This document shows, one piece after another, positions 12,401-27,200 of a stretch of DNA of 64,000 bases. Each line of letters opens with the position of its first letter. Positions within the stretch are counted from its first letter, which is position 1. The position numbers and the translations under genes were made by a program. The notes beneath the pieces were generated by a model. That model saw only the letters and a program-made list of their open reading frames with translations. It was not told where the DNA came from and searched no databases. Origin of the DNA: Octopus vulgaris (lineage: Eukaryota); NCBI GenBank assembly GCA_951406725.2, contig OX597824.1, positions 45,570,001-45,634,000 on the forward strand. The letters are read 5' to 3'.

Positions 12401-15400
12401 TAAGCAAACATAGTTTAAAATATATATCCATCTATAAAGCTAGTGTTGCTTGTCTTTCATTTTCAATTGGATGAAATAAAACTGCAGTTTCTAAAGTAAA
12501 AAAATATAAAAAATTTACAACTGTGTAGAACATGTTTGGATAAAATAGCTGGTGTTTGATATGTAGAGTAATCTTGCCTTTAAACACTAAATGTTACTGC
12601 CATTGCTAACTGATTTTAAATAACTTACTAAAATTTAGTGCATGTTTAAATTTTGTTTTAATGAGATATACAAAGGTAAATCATTAATAATCTATAATGC
12701 AGTTAGAGGCTGTAAATTAGTGCATGTGCACCCTCTAGTCACTATGGGGACATGTTTGTTTGATCCTTCTCATAAGAAAATCCATAACAAATTACTTAGG
12801 AATAATAATTCATATTTTTTTTGCTATTTTTTTCCCAATTTGAGGATCATCATATCAATTTATCATTACATTTAGAAATGTCATTTTGTTATTTATTCAA
12901 AAATTTTAAGGCTCAATAAATTATCTCATTAAGCTTGTTGCATGTTCCTTTTCTTATATTACTTGTTTCCCAAAATTAGAATAGTACAAGTTACAATCTC
13001 CTACAGTGTGACTTGTATAGCTGGACCATTTATGTTTACAAACTGCCCAGCTGGCTAGTTCTAAACCTCTTTCAGTCATTGACATTACATCCAGTATTGA
13101 TTCTATTTGGATAGATAATGAAACTTATAGACTACTTGTCCATGCTCTTAGCAGATTAAATTTCTGTGGTATTAGTATGTAAAATTTTCCAGACACTTGG
13201 AAGTGTAGATACATAAGAAGGTTCTCAATTTCTTAGCCATTACTTTCTACAGTATTTTTCAAAGAACAATAATTTTTTTTTTTTTTTCAAAATCACATGT
13301 ATTGTGGACAGATCAAATGTGATAATAATTAATTACTTATTAGTATCATTATGATTGCTGAAAATGTGACACAGTATCTGAAGCATCAGGTTTCTGCATT
13401 TAAATCTTACTGTGAGATCATTTTTTCTTTCTCTTGGAGACTGATAAAATATGTAGTGCTATCAATACATTGGAATTACTTCCATTGATTATACTTTTCC
13501 TTTCAAATACTGGTAAGCTTCTTAAACACAAGGTTACATTTGATGAAATCAACATCTGTATAAACAATGTATTTCAATGTATCTTGCCACAAGCTGTGTA
13601 GTATTTCTATACAAAAAAATTACCACTACTAGTCCAAAAATTTATGAATGATTAATGAAACTTTATAACTCAATTTTTTTTGTAATAACACATTTCTGAG
13701 TTCAAAGCATACGATGAAAAACTTGGAACATAGGATTTTGTAATTCATACATACTCCTAGACTCAAAAATAAAAATATATCGAGCAATCTCAAAAAGTAA
13801 CTGCTATTTCACTGGTTTCAGATGAAAGAGAAATCTCTTCAGATAGGACACTCTTTACAACAGCTGGATGAATTGAGGTAATGTAGAATATAATGATATT
13901 CTGCCTAGAAACACCAAAACACTTTCAAAGATCTCAAATCCAATACCTTATCTATTCAATTCTAATGCCAGTATATTACCATTAAAATTTAATATAAACT
14001 GTTCATTTGAGATGCCAGCCTCAACTGTTACCTAGCTCATCCAAGTCTACCTAACTTCAAGTTGTTAACTTGAGGAGACACAGACTTCCCACTAAATTAC
14101 AGATTGAAGAATAAACCCATCAGTTGTGTCATATAAATAATGAGATATATGAGATTATTTAAACAGAAAAATAATTAGTACATAAGAACAGTAAACAAAG
14201 ATCAAAGTAGTTAAAGAGTGGTGAGTAAGGGAATTCTGTATAGTTTATAAATATTTCAACAAATAATATACATCAGTAATTTTATGACTAACAGATTGCT
14301 CAAGGATCAGTATGTATCAAAAATAGAACCACTAAGAATCAATTTTTCTTATTACCTAATAGCTTATTAATTGGTCTATCCATTAGTGGCAAAACAAAGC
14401 ATGGTCAAGGGAAAATAGAAATCTCAGGATAGCTACTCCAATGAGACAAAAATATATAATGATTAAAAAACATATACCCTGCATATAAATATATACAAAA
14501 ACGCAAATAGGTACATGTAAAAAATAAAATAAAAAATAGCAATCTAACTTGAAACTATATCATATGGGGAATAAATCATAATTATGTAATAAATATGTCG
14601 TTGAATGGCAACTAAATTTGGATGATTCTGAAGATGAAGCATCTACAGAAATAGCTTTTCCATTACCTCCAAGTAAGCATAAAAGCAAAAGGTGATCTAA
14701 TCCAGATTCTCAACACCTAGATGACAAAGAAAGGATTTAGTTAGGAACTGTAATGAAAAAACAAAATTATATTCTAAGGTTTCGTAATTAGCTATTTAAG
14801 TAAAAATATAAATCTAAAAGTTTATTGATTTCAAAGCTATGCTTAGTTTTATGAAATGGCTAATGGTATTTCATAAGCAAAGTCAAAAAAGAATAAATAC
14901 TTCATACAAGGGACTTAGCATAACTTACAGCAGCTATCAGATATTTATTCTCTCAACCTATCAGGCATATTTCAGTGGTTAAGATAAAAACTCCATGACT
15001 TGCATATCAAGTTCAATTTCTAGGAGAATCTAAGAGAGACAGGACTAAAAGAACTATGTTCCATATTTTTTCAACCTCAGTTGATTGACTCATGAGAACT
15101 GACCATGAACCTACCCTTATATCCTAATGGATTAGAAAACTACAAGTGTTGAAATCTTCAATATTATTTGTATAAGTGAAAATAAGTCTAAAGAAGATTA
15201 AAGGATTGGTCTTGTAGGATTAATTCTAATTATTTAATTTAATTTAATTCTACATTCTTCCTTCTTGTAGTTTGTGTTGGTTATCTTTTAGTAAGAATAT
15301 AATTGAAGGATAAGATGAATCTGCATTTCAAAAACGACTTCTTTATTGATGTGATATAACCCAATTTTGTAAGACAAGGATTCTTAAACAAATATGATAG

Positions 15401-15417
15401 AATAATATTTTCTATGT

Positions 15418-15620
15418 ATCATCATAATTTAATGCCTGTTGTCCATGCTGGCATGGGTTGAATGGTTTGATTAGAGATGGCAAGCTGCATCAGACTCCAG
15501 CCTGATTTGCCATGTTTTCTACAGCTAGATACCCTTCCTAATGCCAACCACTTTACATAAGTGTGCTGAGTGCTTTTATGTGGCACCATATGGGCGCTTT
15601 TATGTGACACTGCATGAGCT
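15418..15620 (-). mobile_element. RTE 3'-tail fragment with two 24-bp repeat units
   Basis: tccatgctggcatgggttg...acagctagatacccttcctaatgccaacc, then gtgcttttatgtggcac twice. Confidence 0.7.
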
Positions 15621-16501
15621 AGCCTAAATAAACAAACCATGCCTGTACGTACACACACATACAGAGAAACACATCTGTGTGTAGATATATCCCCTCATCT
15701 TTATAGTTTAAATCACTTTTAGTACAGATCTCAATAATAATCCTCCAATACCCAGCTAAGCTACTGATTATAGACAAATAAAGACTAACACTTTAATTGC
15801 TAACTGTAAATCTCTTAATGTTTCAATAAATTTATCCAGAAGATTAAATACTTTTCAGGTCAAGTGTTGTGACCAGTTGTACTGTTTAACATCTTAAAGA
15901 TTAGGTTGTATCAATGTTAACCTCATGTATAAGTACACATACACTACACATGTAAAGAAATAACAGATAGCAAGCCATTGATATCAGAATGGACACTTGG
16001 CAAGCCATGGATACAAAAATCAGTTGAGGAAATCACAGGGGGAATAGTGAAGTTCAGAATTTGAAGAAACTAGCACAATTAATCAAAATAAGAATTTGTA
16101 GAATATTGATAACTCAACTGTCCAGAGGAATAAAATAGATTTTACACTCCTCACAGCAGCTGAACCTATCATTTGACTTACTCTCCTTCAAATCAAAAGA
16201 AAATCAGCTGAATCAACCAGCTGGGCTTCATCAGTTTTTAAATAAGCTTTGACAAAACTAATTCTTCAAGCATCAACTTAAAATAATTATCTGGAGGGTA
16301 CAGAACTTAAGAGACAATACAACTGTTTTTGTCACATATGTTGTTTCTAAGCTTACTCCCCAAAATTTGCAGTTATACTCTATGACTATGGGCAAATGAA
16401 TATCATTGTTGTGCATGCTAAAAAGATTCCACCAGAAAGAATGGGCTAACCATTGTAAAGGTTTATTGTGTATTTTAAACAGTGGCTAACACACACGTTA
16501 T

Positions 16502-16735
16502 GGGGGTGTATGGCCTAATGGTTAGGATGTTACAAGCACAAGATTGTGATTTCAATTCCTGAACTAGATGGTGCATTGTGTTCTTGAGAAAAGACTGCAT
16601 ATCACGTTGCTCTGCAATCACTTCAGCATCTGATGTGTGGTACACTGTGCACCTGTTCAGGCAATGTTGATTTGATGAAGGAAGTGAGCTAATAAATGGC
16701 ACAAAATTGCAGAACCCTTATATGTGGTGATGAGA
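16502..16735 (+). mobile_element. tRNA-derived SINE, family D
   Basis: ggtgtatggcctaatggttagg A-box, gatttcaattcc B-box, followed by gttcttgagaaaagactgcatatcacgttgctct CORE-like block. Confidence 0.6.
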
Positions 16736-17869
16736 TTCTATTATATATATATATATATATATATGTTTTTATTTTTTTTTTACAATTTACCTAACATTGG
16801 TATTTTATTGCTATTTTAATATTTCTATTATATGTAATTTTCTAGATGGTGTAATTTAATTGTTCATTTTGAATTGATAAAAGGTGGTTTTTTCTCATTT
16901 TATATATATATTATATTGTGTGAAATTTGATTTAGTATTTCTAAATTGAATTTTTTTCCCCCCTTGGATTAATATTCCCTCAAATAATTATTATATATAT
17001 ATACATACACACATACATAATGTAAAGAATATAATAAAAATTAATAGAAAAAATTAGAATCATTAAAGAGTTAAGTTTTTAAAGACCGTGACTGAAGAAT
17101 GGTCAATTCAGACTGTCATTATAAACTGGGGAGAATGAACACAATTATGCAGTCCTTCATAAGTGAGAAATTAACTATTTCAGTTTCTACAAAGTTATTC
17201 CTAACTTAGGTTTGCAACCAGCCTGTAACTAAGGAAATACAGAAAAAGATAAAGCTATCTATAGCAAGGTTCACACCCTGCTAATAAACTAACAAATCGA
17301 CTGGTTTGATATTTCACCACTAACTCATTAAAATTTGAACACAATAGATGATAATTTGAAGATTTTAGCTGAGGGCAGTTTACAGCAACAGTAGTAGATT
17401 TCAAAGCAGCACTCTACAAATGAAGCCAATAAATACTTCATAATTCTTAACCACTGCCAGTCTTCATGTAATATAATAATTATCCATTATCAATAATTAA
17501 CTTTTGAGAATTCAATGCGAAGATATATACTATCTAGTTTATTGCCTTACATATTTTTTCATAATAGTCAAAGATGTTTAACCTCTGACTGTAACCAACC
17601 TTACATTTCTTAAACTATTCTCCCTCATCCGTGTTAATTTCTCATCTCTATTTTCTTAACACTCATATTCATGTTTGATTTATATACAAAGGAAAATGAA
17701 AACATTTGTCACTCAAACTTAATTTTCTTTTTAATTACAGCTTATAAATAACCCATTATTACACTACCTGTACAGCTAAAGGTGTACAAGCAGTGTAATT
17801 TGTAAGCCTGATGTAGTTGATGTACAGCTAGAACATTCATATATTTTGAAATCAGAAAGAAAGGAATTC

Positions 17870-18780
17870 AAGACAGTTGACATCTAGAGAAAGGGAACAA
17901 AAATACAGGGGAAGTGAGAAGAAGAGTGACATATGTCATATGGGCCTGAATAGAAATGATATGTAACTAGCTAGTTCAGAAGAGAGGTGATCACTGTAGT
18001 AATGACTGAATAGGTAGGAAGAGACAGTATGTCCATGGGCCTTGTAGTACATTGATGAGTGCTAATCAGTTGGATAGCTGCACACATGTACATACCAACA
18101 GCCCGCACTCAGATGTGGGAGCAGTACTCCAATGTAAGCCTTGTGTTTTGTAAAGAAGTTCCAGTTAATCCGGCCCTGAAGAGTAAGACTAGTCTTGGAA
18201 TACAGTTTTGGCTATGTATGTGTATTGACATCAGGAAAGATCAGAGTGTAAGGCTAAGCATTTATAATGACTTTGAGGATTTAAGACTAGAGAGGTACAA
18301 AATTGTTTCTTTGATATGAGTAGCTATAGTATCTCTTTGCTGTTGAAAAGGATTAGAAACTCACATCCCCACTGAAAGATATTTCCAAAGTTTCTGCTTA
18401 TTGTCACAGTTCAGGTTTGGCAAAAATGTTTAGATTTCATGTGGATGATGTGTGTAACATATTAGAAAATGAAATGAGGTGTCATATGCATGGAGGCCAC
18501 TTGTTGTCAGAGATGACAGCAAGCAGGTTAGTGTACAGAAGAGAGTGGGGGAGGGGGAGGAAGATACAACCAAAAATATAACAACAGAGATGATAGAGTA
18601 TGGGTTGTAGAGTCCCATCAGCACATATGCAATCTAACAAGATTCAAATCTAAAAGAAATGGGTGAAGCCCATAGGTAACCAGTTTAGCTGGTTACCAGT
18701 GAGCTTCAAGGTGATAGCTAATGACCACTTCCATCACTATAAAAAAGTTGAACATGAGAATGAAATGACAAGAGTTGAGA
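17870..18780 (-). mobile_element. Degraded CR1/Jockey-group LINE RT and 3' region
   Basis: Minus strand gives LYKTQ..TLEYCSHI (near 18110-18155) and a YADDT-like AYDTS (near 18480); many stops. Confidence 0.55.
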
Positions 18781-19295
18781 GAGAAGTTTCCCTACTTGGG
18801 AAGTTACTATTTTGAAAACAAATTATCGTTTGCTTTTAAAATGACAACACTTATTTGAACTAATTAGGATTAAACTTCTACACTAAGTACTTGGAGCAAA
18901 AATCTAATATTAGTTTATATTAGTATATTTACCTATGGATCCCTTTGATTCCTATTTTACTCAAGAGGTGAGGGGGGGCGTGAGGGAGTTCATTGCCATT
19001 TGATGTCTAAAAAGTTTTATATTTTTATGGTTAAATATTAGAAATTGTATAAAAAATCGTTTAAATATCTAGTGTGCTGTAGAAGTATAACCAGTTTATT
19101 GCAACTAAATTTTAACAAAATCTTATATGCACCCTGGCTGAGAATCACTGGCTTACACTTAACATAGTTTGAACAAGTATTTTTTCAGTGCTTGCATACC
19201 TCAGATGGCCTGCAATTCAAAGATAACAAAGAAGGAAATATGATCAAGAATTTTAAATAGATAAGGAATTACTATTCTGTTACTGAATAGCTTAA

Positions 19296-19507
19296 CTCTT
19301 TTGATACCAACCAGCCTGAGACTATGCTTGGTTCTATGATACAAACTTTTGGTTTTAAGGTAATTTGAATTAAGATCTTGCATTAAAATTTCCTGTTAAT
19401 TTGTTCTAAGCACCAACTTGACAATAACAGTTATTTTACAGAATTCTTCATTATTTCAATATTAATTGAAACAAATGTATTTCAACAGAAATATGGTACC
19501 AATAGGA
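19296..19507. mobile_element. ~210 bp TTAA-flanked MITE (piggyBac-like)
   Basis: TTAA|CTCTTTTGATACC left, GGTACCAATAGGA|TTAA right; degenerate 13-bp TIRs. Confidence 0.5.
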
Positions 19508-21338
19508 TTAAGCAGCTCCATGACACAGAGGTAGTGAGTCAAATTTTATAAATAATTCACAGATCTTAATACAAAATATCCAAAACTATTGATGTAGTTT
19601 GAACCTCATTGTTCAATCAGTGTTTTGGCTATGGCCATCTACCTTACTAGGGATCCAAATAAGCTGAATATAGAAAATTCAAATGATTCCTTAAAGATTG
19701 TATTTCAGCAGCCATATAATCTTTAAGTAATGGCATCAAATATGCCTATTAAAATACAGAACTGAGTTTGGGACTTCATTATATCTAAACTACTTCATTT
19801 CTAATGCTATGAGTTGAGCTGAATGTGAAAAGGAATAAGGAATGAGAATAAAACAAATCTCATTTGTAAATAAAAGAAGCACAATGCAGGTTTTAAACAT
19901 TTTCCTTACTATAAAATCTTAATTACCCAAGCACATTAAGTTGCAATTCTTTAAATTTGGAATGAAGCCTATAAGTAATAAGGAATGAGAATGAAATAAA
20001 ATTCAGGTCTTCATTAAAGACATTACAAAAGGAAATGGAGTGACTACTGGAAATTAAACAGTATTTCATCACAAAGACTGAACGACTACAGCTAATTTAA
20101 AGAATATTGACCATAAACTGATACTCCATAGTGATACTGCATTAATGAACTAAGCTAGTTAATTACACATGATTTTAGATTAATTAACTTACTCTGGTAA
20201 TATTACACAACAAGTACAATAAATATCAGTTGTTATTGAAATTAAAGTAGTAAAAAGTCCAAATCCACTACACTTAGTTTCTAGGTCAACAAATGTTTGA
20301 TCTGTTAAGTAGCTGCCACATGGCTAATTAACTAGAGCTGATCAAGTGTGGCCTACTTAATATAAATGTTTATACAATGATAAATAACCATTATGCCAAA
20401 ACAGGTTGATTACCCATTTCTTTAGTTAGCTAAAGGCTGTAAATAATACATTTTACATGGGAGTGGGCATTTTGTGGAACTGAATATGAATATTTCTATT
20501 GTCTTCTGTGAGTGCATTTGTAACCATTGCAATTTCAATAGTAAATCTTTTTCTAAACTAACAAACAGTCAATTTTACTGACTTCTCCAACAAATTACTA
20601 GAACTTCATTAAAAGAGATGAATTACAAAAATTTTTCTTGAGAGAAAGAATAGGCAAAAATATTTTGTTGAACAGTCTATAATTTTGGTTATTCTCAATA
20701 ATACTTCAATACTGAAAGAGATACATGTTTATTAAATCAAAACCTAACAGAGGTTTTTTTTTTTTTTTTTTGATCAAGAGCCTTTTCCAAACTATATGAG
20801 TATATTGCAAGGTTTGTAGCATGCCAACCAGACACTGAAATCAATCTGATGAGAACTTAAGACATAGAATAGTGTTGATAAATTTTAGGAAAACTAGGAA
20901 TATCATTCAAGAAATGATCTTTACAAATCCCTTTCCTCTAAAGAACAGATGTCTTCATAGTAAATTCTTCATTGAATAATGTTTTCTGAATACAACAAAA
21001 TGGGACTTGTTAGAAGAAATTATGCTAAAAGTTCTGTAGACAATGAAGTGAAACAAAAATGCTAATTTACCTACATTATTTTTAAAATTCTTGTTATTAA
21101 TATTGAATGCTAATGGTAAAATAAAAATGTGAACGATAAACATGTAAAACAGAAGCTTCTATTTTATTTCTTTAATTTCAAATCTAATTTTTATCACTTA
21201 ACAGTTTGATTTTTGTTTCACTAGGCATTTTCACAGAAAAATAAGTGAATTTTTTTTAAAAAATGACATTTTAGAATCAACTTCATGCTCCTCTGCTATG
21301 TTGTACACCAAGAAATTTTGGCTTTCCAAGCACCATGA

Positions 21339-21354
21339 TCTATATCTATATATA

Positions 21355-21415
<61 letters not shown>

Positions 21416-21756
21416 GGCAGTTTGTCTGTGTGTCTGTTTGGTTGTACCCTCACCCTGAGCACGGCTTTCAACCGATTCTGATGAAACTTGACACACACAT
21501 AGCCCAATGTCATAATTCAAAACTAACGCAGCGAAAATTTTGAAAAGTTACCCCAGTTCTGAAAAAAATCGATAAATTCGACATGGGGTCGACAATCAGA
21601 AACACAAACCACAGACTGTCTAGGGGACGCAACTCGACCTTTTTTAACTAAAAAAAATTTACCATCATTTTTTCCCCATTTTTTGGCTATAACTCTCTAA
21701 AAATATTTATAGTTATTTCCCTTACAAACCCGAGCAACGCCGGGCGATACTGCTAG
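21339..21756 (+). mobile_element. Non-autonomous Helitron, complete
   Basis: A|TC start with expanded (TA)n, 3' hairpin cccgagcaacgccggg then CTAG|T; no TSD; CpG-rich relative to flanks. Confidence 0.85.
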
Positions 21757-22737
21757 TTTTCAATAAGCATAATACTAAAATGGTGAATTGGCAGTCATTA
21801 GAGCATTGGATAGAGTTCCATGAGGTATTTGTTCTAATTTTTTGCACTCGGAAATCAAATCCTACCAAAATCAACTTCAATTTTCATTGTTTGAGGCAAG
21901 AGGATCAATAAAAAAAGTTATCATAACTATTTTAATAAAGTTTGACAGCAACTAGACCTTTGAGCTCAAACTTGAAATAAGCAGCAGTTAAATCAATCAT
22001 ACTTGTGTTACTATTAAAATTTTTTTTTTTAAATTGTAATAGTAACACAGGTTTTACTTCCATACTTCAACAAGGATTTTAGAATTTCTATATAAAAAAA
22101 TATTGTGACACTTTCAAAAGTTTACTGCTTCTTTTCATTTTATTAATATTATTTATGCCAGGTCAGACTTGATTTGGCAAGCCTTTTAGTGAAATCTTTC
22201 CAGCTGTGAACAATCCTGTATTTTTGCTTTAGACAATCTCTCAAGGACAAATATGTCCTTCATTTTTAAAGTAGAAGAGAGATTTCAGTATTACTTACAG
22301 GTGATGCATTGGTTTCTGCATTGGAGGTAAAAATCATCAACAAATGTTTATGGTTTAGTATAAAATGACAACCTATCCTATATCAACTTTTTAAAATGAT
22401 ACTTAAGAAAATCTCCTTAGAACTTCAAGTTATGTTTAAAGGAGAGGTTATCTAAGCAAAACACTATACTTGACCATTAATTTCCAGATAATAGACAGGA
22501 AATATAGATGACAGCAGGGGATTTTCTTTGATGGTAAACAACTCCTGTTGTTATAAGTAATAAATAGTAGACCCAAGAAAACATTAAAAATAAATAAATA
22601 AAAGACCAGAAGGAAATATATCAAATTTAATTTACTCTTTTACTAGTTTCAGTCAAGAGCTGTGTTCATGCTGGGGTACCGCCAATATATTAAATTATAC
22701 CTTATGAATAATATAATATATTAATATTTAATAAGTA

Positions 22738-22947
22738 GGGCAGTGAGCTGGCAGAATCATTAGCATGCCAGGCAAAATGCTTAGCATCATTTCATCCATC
22801 TTTATGTTCAGAGTTCAAATTTCACTGAGGTCTACTTTACCTTTCATCCTTTCAGGATTGATAAAGTAAGTACCAGTTGAACACTGGTGTCGAGGTACTT
22901 GATTCACCCTTCCCCAAAATTACTGGCCTTGTGCCAAAATTTGAAAC
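22738..22947 (+). mobile_element. SINE family C
   Basis: gggcagtgagctggcagaatcattagcatgcc...gagttcaaat...cctttcatcctttcagg...taagtaccagttgaacactgg. Confidence 0.8.
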
Positions 22948-23460
22948 TAATATTACTAAATAAATAATGAATTATATCTAAATTAAATACATTGAAGTAG
23001 TTAATTATAAGAAAGAGGACATTGACTCATAATCAGCAACAAATACAAGAAATATTACTACTCCACCCACCAAAAATCTGTTTCAGCTCGATGAAAGTTT
23101 CTTAAAAACATTTATCTTTTACATTTTCCTTGGAACATAGTTCCTTGGTTCCTCATTATTTTTACACCATTCACTAATGAATGGTGTTTGTCTTTTTCTT
23201 TATTGCTGGTAAAATTCAAGGGAAATGTTATTCCAATGAGGATGTAACCAGCAAAATGAATAACAGCATTCTGATGTTCTTTTAATCTACAACAATAACT
23301 ACCTAATAACTACTTTAAAACAACCAACAGAACCAAAAATGAATAAGAATGTTGGATCACAGAATTTATTTTTTCCTAACAAAATAAAAAAGGATGTACA
23401 AAGGAAAAAAAAACACAAGAGAAAATCTTAAATAAGTAGGATAAAACTGAAGTGGATTTC

Positions 23461-23591
23461 TGGCTGTGTGGTAAGTAGCTTGCTCACCAACCATATGGTT
23501 CTGGGTTCATTACCACTGTGTGGCACCTTGGGCCGACCAAAGCTTTGTGAGTGGATTTGGTAGACGGAAACTGAAAGCCCGTCATATATAT

Positions 23592-23644
<53 letters not shown>

Positions 23645-23868
23645 TATGTGTGTGTATATGTTTGTGAGTCAGTGTTTGTCCCCCCAACATCGCTTGACAA
23701 CTGATGCTGGTGTGTTTATGTGCCCGTAACTTAGCAGTTTGGCAAACGAGACCGATAGAATAAGTACTAGGCTTACAAAGAATAAGTCCTGGGGTCGATT
23801 TGTTCGATCAACTAAAGGCGGTAGTCCAGCATGGCCACAGTCAAATGACTGAAACAAGTAAAAGAGAT
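23461..23868 (+). mobile_element. SINE family A, near full length with internal (TA)n
   Basis: Colinear with 6799-7190. Confidence 0.85.
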
Positions 23869-25399
23869 ATGTATACACTATATATGTGTGTACATGTGTA
23901 TATAGACAAAATAGCAATGACCAAGCTGGTACCCATTTGATCACAGGTCAGCTCGGTCAAGGGTGACCTGAGTTTAAATAACAACAACACACAACTGTAT
24001 ATCACAACTGAAAATGTTCATATACTGAATTAGATATAATAATATTTGAAGTCCAGCACAGTATACTATAGTGGTCAATCCCACTATACTACTTGTCATT
24101 TACTACAGCTTATATTCCAGAATAGTTAAAAATATTTCTATGAAGTAAAGTTGGTGGGGAGAAGTTATATATTTTGACAAAATATTTATATCCTCCTCTG
24201 CTCATTTTCTCTTTTTGATTGTTTTTAAATGGGTGAAATTTCCCACCATCTCAGCAGGCAATCAACAATCACAGTGGATATGCAAACATCTGTCTTGTGA
24301 CATGTTCACATTACAAATGTATGTTAGCAAATGCATTCATCATGTGCCCATACACAAAATAATCTTCTGCAAGAATATAAATACAGAATTTAATTGCTGT
24401 AGAAAAATACTCTGCCTCAGCCATCACATGGCTACAGAACCTTAACACAAATTTCAACATCATGAACTGAATAGGTATGTGACATTGGTCTATGTTCTAA
24501 AGCAAACTTTTGATGAATCTGAAGTTTTAGGCATGTATGCACAGCACTCAAAAGACTTATGTATACATAATGACATTGGCACTCATAGTAAAAGGGATGT
24601 ATTCATTGAAATCAACCTAGTACATGATTAGTATTTATCTATACCAGAAAAGTGACAAGAAAAGTCAATCCTGAAGAAATATATTTAATCTAGTATTCTG
24701 GGCTCCACTGGATCAATATAATGACTTCTTTTTCTTACTATGAACAAGGTCGCACTTTCAAAATGAGGGAGGATATTAGAGTGTTTTGGTTGTCCTTACT
24801 TAACACACAGGTGAATTAATTTTAATCATGGATTATAAATTTACTTATTTCTCAATATTAAATCCTTATGAGATGATTAAACCAATCTATCATTCCACCA
24901 TTTGTGTTAGAAAGTAGACTAGACCAATCTATTCATGCAAATAGGCTTTTCTTTGTCTCTCCACACATACAGGTTGTGTTTGTGTTGTCCTTACCAAGGG
25001 TATCAATAACTTAATGAAGCACAGTGCCAACTCTAGATTTTAAGCATATATTTCATAATACCGCACAGACAATTTTTTTTCCAGGTAATTGATGTAGGAA
25101 TTAGTGCAAGGACAAACTTACAGCTATATCAAAGGTACTGTCATCAATGTTTGGATAAAGATCTCCTTGCTGCTCTATATTATGACTTTGCATCTATAAG
25201 TGAATTCATTACTGAGTTGGTTAAAAAATTCTCCAGGTTGGTTTTGACCCAAAGAGCCTCTGAGACCAAAATTCATTGACATACATTCCACAACACTCAA
25301 AACAGAATGCTGGTAAAATGGTCATATAATGTTTGTTGTGATAGAGCAGTATTATTAAATGAACACTGTCTCAACTATAAGCACCAGACAAACAAATGA

Positions 25400-26480
25400 T
25401 TCATTCATATAAACCACAAGCTAACACCATAGTCAGTAAAGAAAAAGACGAAAAAAAAAACCTGAAATACCTTTTCTCAAGAACCAGACTTAAGTCTCTA
25501 AGGGCCATGAAGCAATTGCAATTATAGATTCTTTCTGCTACTTGAATAACCCTACTGGACAGGTGATAGTTATTGTAATAAAGGGAGGGGGGAAAACAGC
25601 TTTGAAGTTTTATCAGCCTCTTATATTGACAAACTAAATAATATTTGGAGTGCTTTTTTACACTAAGTCTGCAAAAGTCAAATATTTGAACTCCTTCAAT
25701 CAAAAAGATAGTGTCATGATCAGTTGAATTTGCTCAGCAAAAACTTTTTAGCCATAAAGACTGTCAAAGTTGAGATCAATGTGGTTTGTTTAATATTAAG
25801 GAGATTCTCCAGAAAAGGTGACATTAGTTTTGACATTAGACATGTACAATAGAGCACATTTGATCAAAAGCCATTTTCAAGAATATGACATATTTCTTTC
25901 AAGTAGCCAAAAAAAAATGCTGAGTAGTTAATGTAATTGGGATTTCAATATTCACGTCAGAAAATGTAAGTGACCATATGTTGAATTCAATGACATTGAA
26001 CTCATATGAGGTGGTGGAAGCAAAAAGGAAATCTGGTGGTACTGGTTGAGTCACAATACCTATTTGTAAGAGGGAATAGAGACTGTCAATGTAATTCAGC
26101 TCAAGTAAATTACTGGAATTTTCTTTATCAAAATCATATGAATAAAAATAAAAACTAAACAATGAAACACTCAAAAAGTTAAATTGTGATCTAGTGGCTT
26201 GAAGTATACAGTTCATGCTAAATTTACAATCCCAATTTCTTATATATGTCTGACATCTGTGGGAAGAAATGACCTATTGAGAGACTGAAAGTTTTTCCCA
26301 AAAGAACTATCGAATAAATGAAATGGTTCCGACATATCAAAATTGTGATACTATCTACTTCTACCTTGATAATGACCTTGTTGGTACTTAACTTTGTTTT
26401 AATGGCATGAGAGAAATCAATACTTCAAAGGCACTAAATTACCCTTTTTCTTGAGTGATGAAATTATCAAATAAGTTGAA
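25400..26480 (-). mobile_element. Possible very old Gypsy pol relic
   Basis: Scattered weak motif echoes (HIDL-, -AER-) in the expected order; no intact frame. Confidence 0.25.
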
Positions 26481-26516
26481 AGCATTGGATCGGCCATCCT
26501 ATGTCATATACACATC

Positions 26517-26641
26517 ATCATCAATGTCCGTCTTCCATGGTGTCATGGACTGGACAGTTTGACAGGATCTGATGAGCCACAGGACTGTATTAAGCTCCAA
26601 TGTCAGCTTTGGTATGGTTTCTATTGCTGGATGCCCTTCTT
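26517..26641 (-). mobile_element. RTE 3'-tail fragment
   Basis: catcatcatcaatgtccgtcttccatgg...gctggatgcccttc. Confidence 0.65.
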
Positions 26642-26997
26642 AAATATATTATTTAATAATATATGACTCTGCATGACTGTTTTGTAGGCTCACAAGATGA
26701 AGCTAAGCTGATCCAAGCTATTATTGAGTTGAGTGTCACTTTTGTCTGTCCACTTTCTCTCCCCGTCTCTCTCTCACACACACCACAATTAGTGGCTACA
26801 CAGAATGTTGTAAAATCTGCTAGTTAAGTAATCCATTATCATAGTACAGAATGCATCAATGAAATGAGGTTCACTGTTGTTTGGTATCCTGCAACACTAA
26901 CAGTATCCAAATATGAATGGAACCTTAAGCACGCCATAAAAGTATAATAAAAACAGACAGACAGGTTATCTGGAACTGCTATAATTGCTTCAAGGGT

Positions 26998-26999
<2 letters not shown>

Positions 27000-27077
<78 letters not shown>

Positions 27078-27200
27078 ATATCCCTTCAGCACAGTTTTCA
27101 TCTACTCAACTTTACAAGACTTGTGGCAAACTGGTAAAGTTGACCAAGGTGCCATGCAGTGGGACCAATCCTGAAACTGTAGCTGTGACATAAACTTAAT
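27000..27200 (-). repeat. Pure (TA)~32 + (TG)n microsatellite with adjacent degraded SINE A 5' half
   Basis: Uninterrupted TA run 27000-27065; ccaaggtgccatgcagtgggac matches the SINE A head in reverse. Confidence 0.8.
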
